From Tubiluchus corallicola (Eukaryota > Animalia > Priapulida): 64,000 nucleotides of DNA. This document shows positions 52,401 to 61,400 of this stretch, piece by piece. Under the pieces are notes generated by a model. The model did no database searches, was not told the DNA's origin, and saw nothing but the letters and a program-made list of their open reading frames with translations. Position 1 is the stretch's first letter, and every line of letters starts with the position of its first letter. The position numbers and the translations under genes were made by a program. The stretch spans positions 310,001 to 374,000 of the forward strand of contig JAQGDQ010000051.1 of NCBI GenBank assembly GCA_030141605.1, read 5' to 3'.

Positions 52401-55400
52401 ATTATTGAAGACATACGATTAGAAGATGCAGGTGTTTATATCTGTGAAGTACCCACTATTCCACCTGTAACAGCCAGTGTTTCCATTGATGTTTTTGGTC
52501 AGTCTGTATTTATTACTTTCATTTTACTTTGTATTCCAATTTCTACATAGCTAATTGTAACAAAACTGGTGTGTACACCAGTTAAGTTAAAGTAGTTAAT
52601 GTATTAAGTACATGATATAGGCAGTTGTCAATTTTTTTCAGAGCTATGTTTCCGTATTTATTGTCCCAAAAACAATGAGCAACCATTATAGTACTACGAC
52701 GAATGAGAGAGATTGAGTGAGTGAATGAGTGAGTGAATGAGTGAGCAAGCGAATGAGTGAGTGAGTGAGAGAGAGGGAGAGGGAGAGAGAGAGAAAGTGA
52801 GAAGGACAGAAAGAGAGAGAGAGAGAACAAGAAAGAAAGACAGAAAGAGAGGGCATGCAAGCGAAGCAAGCAGGAATGCAAAAATCGAAATGAGTGATGC
52901 TTTTCCTTGTACTTCTAAATAGCTGCTTGCACAGCTTTGAGCTGTGTTTTGAACTTTGAACTTTGAACAAAGTTTTTGTGTGTAATCGTGAGAAGCATTT
53001 GCAAGACAATGATACTCTGTTGAGATAATTTTCAACTGTGTCTAGACGTGACTAAAATCAAAAACTAATGTAACAACATAAGTGCCAACCATTTTTGCTG
53101 GTCTTGGTCTCACTCTCTGTTTTGGTGTTGGTCTCTGTCTCAGTCTTTGGCCGTGGTACATGAAGCAAAAGTATGTTTGTCTGTGTCACAACGGAGACAG
53201 CATGTGGCATAGACAAACATCAGCATGTGGCAAGAATATAATATAATAATTAGATTTGGGGGAATATGATCCTTGGTTCAATCAGTCAACCTTGACAAAT
53301 GAGTTGCACAAATGCACACTCATTTCAAGTGCACGGAGACAGGTTGGTTAAATAAAGTAATAAGGTAAGTTGTTGAAAAGGCACATTTGGAAAAATGTGC
53401 TCATGGAAGCAGCTGCGTCATGGTTGGCGTTTATGCTGTTGCATTAGCTTTTGGATTTTCGTTCCTATAATGTTCCCCAGGAATGAGTCTGTTCTGCAAA
53501 TGAAATCCTCGCAGCACTTAGTTTATTAATCATTTTTTTTCATATTTTGTTATATAAGAACAGAAAAAGTTGGAATGCCAAGTGTCATTCCACTTTTCTC
53601 TGTCTCTAACTTGAACCATGTTTTTTCAGAAGTGGCTACTTTAGCTGCATTAAGTCCGTTTACAACTCAAAGACCTCCAATAGCCGTAAGAACTACACCA
53701 TTGCCAAGACCTCGGAGACCGACAATTGAAGCAACAACTGCGCCTCGCAGAACTCCTGAGAAGCCAAAACCTGCTATTGTTGAAATAACGAGTGATTCGA
53801 ATGTTCAAGTTGGTAGCAATGTTGCGCTCAGTTGCTTTGTAACAAATGCAGATGGGTTAAATGTAAGTGACAACAATTTGTTTAATAGGTTTAATAGGAA
53901 GTTGCCATCTTGTACATCATAGTAACATACATTTAACATCCAAATTATGCAATGATGTACATATATGGTTGCTAAATATATGTTACTTTGATATACTATC
54001 GATGTGAAATAAATAAATTGAATTGAACAAAAATTGAATTGAATCATGTTTTCCCGTAATAAAGAAAACTGTGGAAAAAGAGTTCTATTGACATTGATGT
54101 TCTAGTGAGAAAAGCTTTTTAATGGTTGTCAGCTGGTTTATAGCAGCCAGCCCTATGATAAGTTGAGGTTATACTAGGTGTAGATGCAATTCTTATAATG
54201 ATCACAATATTTTTTCCTAATTTATGAACAGCTTTATTTCAAGTTTTAGACAGTTTTGTGCAAGAAACAATCAATATTTTGATAGCTATATCGTACAAAG
54301 AGCATTTAGTGCTTTCTACTACAGTTACTATTATATTGTGTGCTTGCATAGCAAAATCGTCCATAAGTCGGCAATTAAGCTTTTCTAGTTGTTCACATAT
54401 CCTGAATCTCCATTTCATGACTCACATTTTCATACTAAGCTCATCGCTCTATTATTTCTAAGCTAAGATAATCCACATTGAAGTTGAGGTGCACGCTGCG
54501 CACTGAAAAACGTAACCTTTAGAAATCGCTGTTAAAGTTAGCCATTGTTTTTTGTTGCATTTCTACAAAGCACTTAGCAACCGCACAAATGTTGGTTGCT
54601 ATGGACATTGCAAGAACACATCGAAGTTATATTTAAATCCAGTAAATGGCTCTTTCTGACGATTATCTGGGCTTGGCAATAGAAAAAAACAGGAAGCAAA
54701 ATGATTGCTTCCATGAGCTACTAATGGAGTTTGAAAATACAAGTTTTTTGCAATTGCAGTACTAGTTTTCTAGACAAAAAAGTGGGTACAGGGTTATAAA
54801 ATTAAATTTTTAGTATTTTTTAAACATTTTCTTGACAATTTGGTGATAGATTGTTAAAGTTCAATATATTTAGCATTTGTTTTTATAAAAAACAAAAAAT
54901 GATATTTGACCAAATTTTTGGTAGATTCTGCTTTGAAGCATCATCATGTAGTTTTAATCATGCCGACTAATGGATGATTTTGGTTTGCAAGCAGGTCACA
55001 GAAGCACACATATAGCTGCTAAGGCAAACAATTTTTGAATCATTACTATAGCAACTGCTACTTTTCCTGTGGGTTAAGATTTGTTGTCAGTTCGTATAAT
55101 TGTCAGGTTTCTCAAATATTTTTTAATTAAACCTTATTATCAGTGCTGTTGCTAAGATAAGCAGTATCCTTGGCAATTAATTTATGAGAATAACATTTTT
55201 TTATATTATTAGACGTATATGGTAACCTAAGCTAGATGGCATTAGATGCTTATGAAAATGTCAGTAACAACATGGTTGCTAAGGCAGATGCTGTGTAGGA
55301 CGGTCCTCTAAAAAAATTTTCATGAAGGCCAATTGAGGGGGGAATTTTTCTGTAATACTACATAATATCCTGATTAAAAAAAACAAATTGCATTTGTGTT

Positions 55401-58400
55401 GTATTTAATTGCTAAAACATTTGTTCGCTGATCAGCTTGTTAAGAAATATGCTTGCTTTTCTTTAAATATGCCTCTAGCAGTTACAAAATATGCTTGCTT
55501 CTTTTCTAATACACCACAAGCAGTTTGAGGTTATGCATGCTTCTCTTCAAATACACTAGATACAAATAGGAAAAGTGCTTGCTTCTCTTCCAACACACTC
55601 GCATATTGCAAAATTTCTATTCAGAAGTTAGATTTTTGTTGTGTAGGTGTTGTGTTAGTAAATTGCCACAACTGTTTTTGCTTATCTGTACATATATATA
55701 TATATATAGATGTAAGTACATATATATTACTTTTAGGTGCATAGGCCTAGCAGCTTTTGTGTTAGCAAAATGATTACATGCATTGGTTTCTAATTCTTCG
55801 GCATTTGCAGGTTGTTTGGTCATGGACAAAACCTAGTCAAGATTCTCAGCTGCTGACAGTTAATGCTGTCAGGCTGCTTGATGATGAGAGATTTCTGTCC
55901 TCTGTAAAAAATCTTGGAAGTAAGCAAGAGTACAAATTAGAAATCTCAGACATAGACAATGCTGACAGTGGAACATATACCTGTGAGATTATGACTAAAC
56001 CATCTGTGGCGTATGACATAAAAATTAATGTTCATGGTAAGTTCATATGCTTTGCATATAGTGTTTTAATTAAAATGTCTTCTTTTATATAAAAGTATCG
56101 CTGGATGTTATTCTGTTCTTTAACACTTTTTTATTTTCATTCATTTTACACTTGCCTATGTGTAAGCATTGGCTGAGACTAGTTGTATCTTTTCATACTG
56201 TGTGATACTAGCATCCTATGCTCTTATATTATTTTAGATAGAGCTCTTACAGCTCTGTTTTTGTTCTTAGACTAGCTTCTAAAAGCCTTTTTCCAAGTAT
56301 TAGACAACCAGCTATATAAGCATTGTCCTAAGAGAAAAAAATTAAATTATTTATCACTGTATGTTACACCTTTTAGATCATCACCAAAACCTTAAACAAA
56401 AATGGTAAAAAATAGCAACTCAAAAAGACTTTGTGATTCCGTTAATGCTGAAATCACAGGCAACAACTAAGTGATGGAAAACTGTAAACTGTAACTCAGT
56501 AAAAAACAAATGGAATTGTGTTGTTTATCTATTGAAATGTCTAATGTATCAATCTCTACATAGTTGCCCATTCTGACTATATTAAGAACATGCTGAAATA
56601 TTGGCTGAACCAGTAGTGTATATTTTCGATCTTTGTTCTTAAAAAAGTACCAAGCGCATGGAAAAAACAGGCTCATATAAGAAGTTAATAGCTTCCAGGA
56701 ATCTTAGCTGGACAATTTGAAAAACAATGTGTGGAAACTACTTTTCGAGTTGTGGAAAAAATGATCAGTACATTTACTACAAACAAATTTATTCTTCTTG
56801 TCATTTTTAACAAAAATTATAAGTGACTTCATAAGGCTGAAAAGTCAAACACCAAGGATCAAATGAAGCTACATTTTCAAATTTACACATAATTCAGATT
56901 TCCGCAAAGAACTGCTAGTGACTCCTACTGCTTTTCAATACAATATCAATGATCTAAAAAGATGACACTAATTTAACAATATCTTTGAAGAAAATTCAAA
57001 TGTACTTCGATGGTAACAAAAAGTCATAGAATGTTTGCAGGACTAGCTGCCGTCTGTAAGAAAGTTGGTAGTTGTAGCTTGTTGCGTAAATGGGACAACT
57101 AAAATTTCAAATGTTCTTATAGTAGGACTAGGTTACTTGTAAACTGATGTGGTTAACAGATATTTATAGTGGACCACTTCGGAAATAACTAATAGTTTTG
57201 TAATTGTCGGTTGAAGTGCTATTGATGTTAAATAAAGAATTAATAATAATAATAATAATAATATTAGTAACTACAGGATGACAGTTCAGCCATTTCATTT
57301 GCAATTCAATCTCACGAAACTTTTAAGCAAATTAAATGCACTCATTATGCTTTTGAATTCATTAATTTTGCTGGCATTTTTTAACGTGTGTGAAATTTGG
57401 AACTCTGCCACATTAGATGATTACAAGCTAAAGCATGTGAGATCTTGAAGGCAAATGCAGCGAGAAAAGCCAGCACATATTGTTAAAACATTTTTAGGAA
57501 AAAATGATGATAAAATGTTTTGGAAAATTCAGTCAACTATGTACTCTTTTTATAAATATCTTCTTCGTATGCTGTGAAATATACTCTAGCGTCTAGACAA
57601 TTGCTAAAACAGAAAGGGCAAGTCAAATTTCCATATAAAGATACATTTTTAACCAAGATTTTTTCTTTTAATTCAACACAACAAGAATTAAACGATTGTT
57701 TCCTTGATGGTGATGCAATTTTTGTGGTGTAAAATTATTGTGATCACAGACATTTATTATATTCTCAATAGAAGCCCTATGTTGTTTTTGCTGTTGCCGT
57801 CATTTCTATCCTCCTTGTGGTCATTGTTGTAATTGCTGCTGTTGTTGTTATTATTACACTACTGTTATAAAGTAATTGTCTAGAGAATCATTGAGTTAGT
57901 TTTGTCAGTATTATTGTTCAAGTTCTAGAATTTTATGTTATTTATAATTTCTAGTAAATTTTTTAAAATTTACTGTAGAGTTTGAAATTTAGTATTTGTG
58001 AGTATGTGGCTGGCCGGGATTCTATAATTGTAGAGACACCATTTCTTCCAGCAAATAAGCTATATAATTTGTCACTGTATCAAAAGTTGTTACCATTTGA
58101 CTATATCACTACATGATGTATCTTACTGGTTGGAAAATACATTAACTCTTCAATGTTAATATTGCTTTTTTCAGGTGAGAGAACACTTTCTACACCAAAG
58201 AATCCAGCAATAAGACATCCAGTATCACCAGTAACAACTCCATCAGCCGTTGAAATAAAACGACCAAGACCTGCAATTTTAGAAATCAACAGTGATTCAG
58301 AAGTCCCATTTGGAGCTACTATTGAGCTATCATGTATTGTTAGGAATGCTGGTCATCTTAGTGTGAGACTTTTTTTCACTTTAAAGGGTTTCTCACAGAT

Positions 58401-61400
58401 GAAGATGCATAGAGTGCTCACTACTTTGACATTTTGATTAATTCTAGTGAAAGATCCAGTGCTTCTTAAAAGCATTACACAAATAGTTTATTAAATAATC
58501 TTTAACTACAGTTTGATTACATGCACAGCAATCTTAGCTGAACAATAGAATTGATTAGTAGTATTGCCATTTCAAGTTTAGTACAAGTTAACAGAAAACA
58601 AAAAAAATGTCATGATGACTAACAACAGCAAAAAAGAATTTTAATATATCATATTTATACAAACATATTTACTCAATATTAAAAATGGCCATAATTTTTG
58701 TGAAAATTAGTATAATGGCCTCCTTTGAATTTTTGACACAACTTACAAACTGCGCTTAGGAGTTTTGAGCATTCAACACATCTTTTTTCGCTGCAGACAT
58801 ATTAAGATTGCATAGCCTTTAAGTTTACTTATCATTTAGCTTCATAAAGTTTTATAAACAAGAGTTCTTCTTTATAAACTGTTTGCAATAATTGCAATAA
58901 TTCTTGAGAGTAAAACTGGATTTAGACTGTATGCTTTGTAAAATTTAGGTTTTAAAAACTTACATTTTACTAATGTAGATTCTTTGGACTCAAAGCAAAC
59001 AAGGGCAACGACCACAACTACTTACTGTAAATGGAGCTAGGCTGACTGGTGATAAACGTTTTATGAGTTTTGATCGAGAGATACAGGGTGATCGAGAAGT
59101 AAGACTACGAATCTTAGATGTACAAAGACAAGATGAGGGTGGATACACTTGTGAACTTCCAACCATACCACCAGTATCAGCTGATGTTAGAGTTACAGTA
59201 GCAGGTACTCTATAGTGTCTCTCTTTGTATTCTTTTCTGCACTTTCTGCTTCTACCTTTTATTTTAATAAAGTCTTATTGATGATTCTTAATATCTCTGC
59301 TGTTCATTTGTCATATACATTCAGACCACATTGATGTTTTTTTGTTTGTCTGCTTTTCTTGTAAGAAATCTTTTTGAACAGTAAGGGAAATGAACGTAGA
59401 ACAGTGACTATTAAATCACATGATAGGTTTAAATGTGGAATTGGGAACAGTTTCATTTATTACAACAGTCACAGTTATTGAACACATGCTGGTGAAACAT
59501 TAATTAATCATCTTGTATAGTTTCAGGACAAAGTTTATTTGATCATTGTGAAGTAATATGAATAAATATCAATAGATATCGCAATACATAAAGTAATATT
59601 AATAGATTAATGACTAATTTTCATAACTTTTTATAGGTGGTGCTAGTAGTAGTGTAACTGTACCTGATGAACTCAGGCAAGCTTTTGACATTGGTGTAGA
59701 TACTAGCAGTGGCAAAGCAACAGTTCCTGTTGCACCGAAACGATTGCCAGCAATCACGCAGCAACCTAACATTGAAAAAGCGACAACAGCGACATCTGAG
59801 GTTGAAGGTCAGACTTTTCACTACTATGAATGCCTCCCATATTTTGTTCACTTCACAGAATATTGTTCCCTACATTTAAATGTTTTTTTCTTAAAAACTG
59901 ACAAATTGTTATAATAAGAATTTGCTATTAATGCTGTGAATATGAGGTAATAATATAGTTTATGTGTATGGGCTTGATGATTGAAGTTAAGACATGCCAG
60001 ACCTGGTAAAAGAAAGTAGGAATGCCTGCTGGATTCAATGCTTAATTTGCATGATTCCTTTCTGCCATATTGCCTCTGATTCTTCCTTCCATTAAGGGAA
60101 GATGTATGTATAATGCACACCTAAATGTGGCTAAGCTTCCTTTTGTTGAACCAGTGTCTTGTCTTAGGTATTTGTAAAGTATGGCATTCAAATCAGCTGT
60201 ACACCTCTCTTCACTTAATTTATTTAAAAGGGTTTGTATTTTCTTAATGCACAGCACAAGTGTGCAAGGTAAAAAACACGTGTCTTGAAACTGTGTTTTC
60301 TACATTTTTTCTTACAATATTTTTCTCGAAATTAATCTGCATTAGTGCTTTCTTGAAAAATACAAAAACTTTTTCTGATTATACTAGTGCTTCTAACTAT
60401 GGCAATTTGGGGGTGTAAAATTACCTGTGTATTACAAAACATATTTTAATATAATTTTTGTAACAACATAACCCATTTGGCTATTTGTTACTTATTTATA
60501 AGTAATTTAGCTATTTGTTATTACTTTCAATTTACAAGTAACACCTACTTTGCTTCCTGCTGTGTTGCTGATTGATTGTGTTTCATAAATTTTGAAATTA
60601 TAGCAGAAGTGATAATGAACTGAATAACTAATAAAGGAAATATACAAAAAATAATAGATATTGTATGTTTTCCAATCATTAATTAGTCTCTTTGCAATAG
60701 AATTGTGCAAAATTACTAACTGGTTTTTGCACTAATGATTGAAACCTAAGTGGAGTTTTTGAATGGTGCCCTAATGCTTTAGTTCTCCCTTGATGTTGTG
60801 AGGCAGCCCGCAGATAATTAAACACAGCTTGAAATATTTAGGAAATAATATTTGGTTTGTTGTAAAATATATTTTGTTTTATCAAATTTAGGCAATTTTG
60901 AAAGACCATTTTTCTCCGAGTGTGCTGGAATGTATCAAGTACCAGAAGTATGTGATTTTAATGAGAACTCTAGACTATCAGATTGCCAGTACCGCATAAC
61001 ATGGCAGTACAGTGCAGCTAATGATAGCGTGAGGTTCGTTATTCATGCTAAGAATAAAGGACGTGACTGGACTGGTGTTGGATTTTCTCGTGATAGAAAC
61101 ATGGTAAATGCACACTTAATTAGAGTAAAAACTCAGTATTAGTGGATAAAATTTTTTTGTTTGACTACCGAAGTTTGTCTATGTTGTGAGTTTGTTTTTG
61201 ACATTGAAAAAAGAGAGAGGAGATTTATTAATGATTGGCTTGAACTGCTTTTACTGAGAAGATAAATCATTGTTAACTACTTACAATAAATGAATATTAA
61301 GATGCTTAATAGCTCTTGCAAAACATAAAAGATGTGTAATGGTACTCGTATTTTGTTTTCTTTAACAGGATAATTCTGATGTAGTATTTGGCTGGGTTGA

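Noticed and set aside
52582-53035. Three overlapping minus-strand ORFs rich in Ser/Leu/His
   Set aside because: Translations of the GA/GAGT microsatellite.
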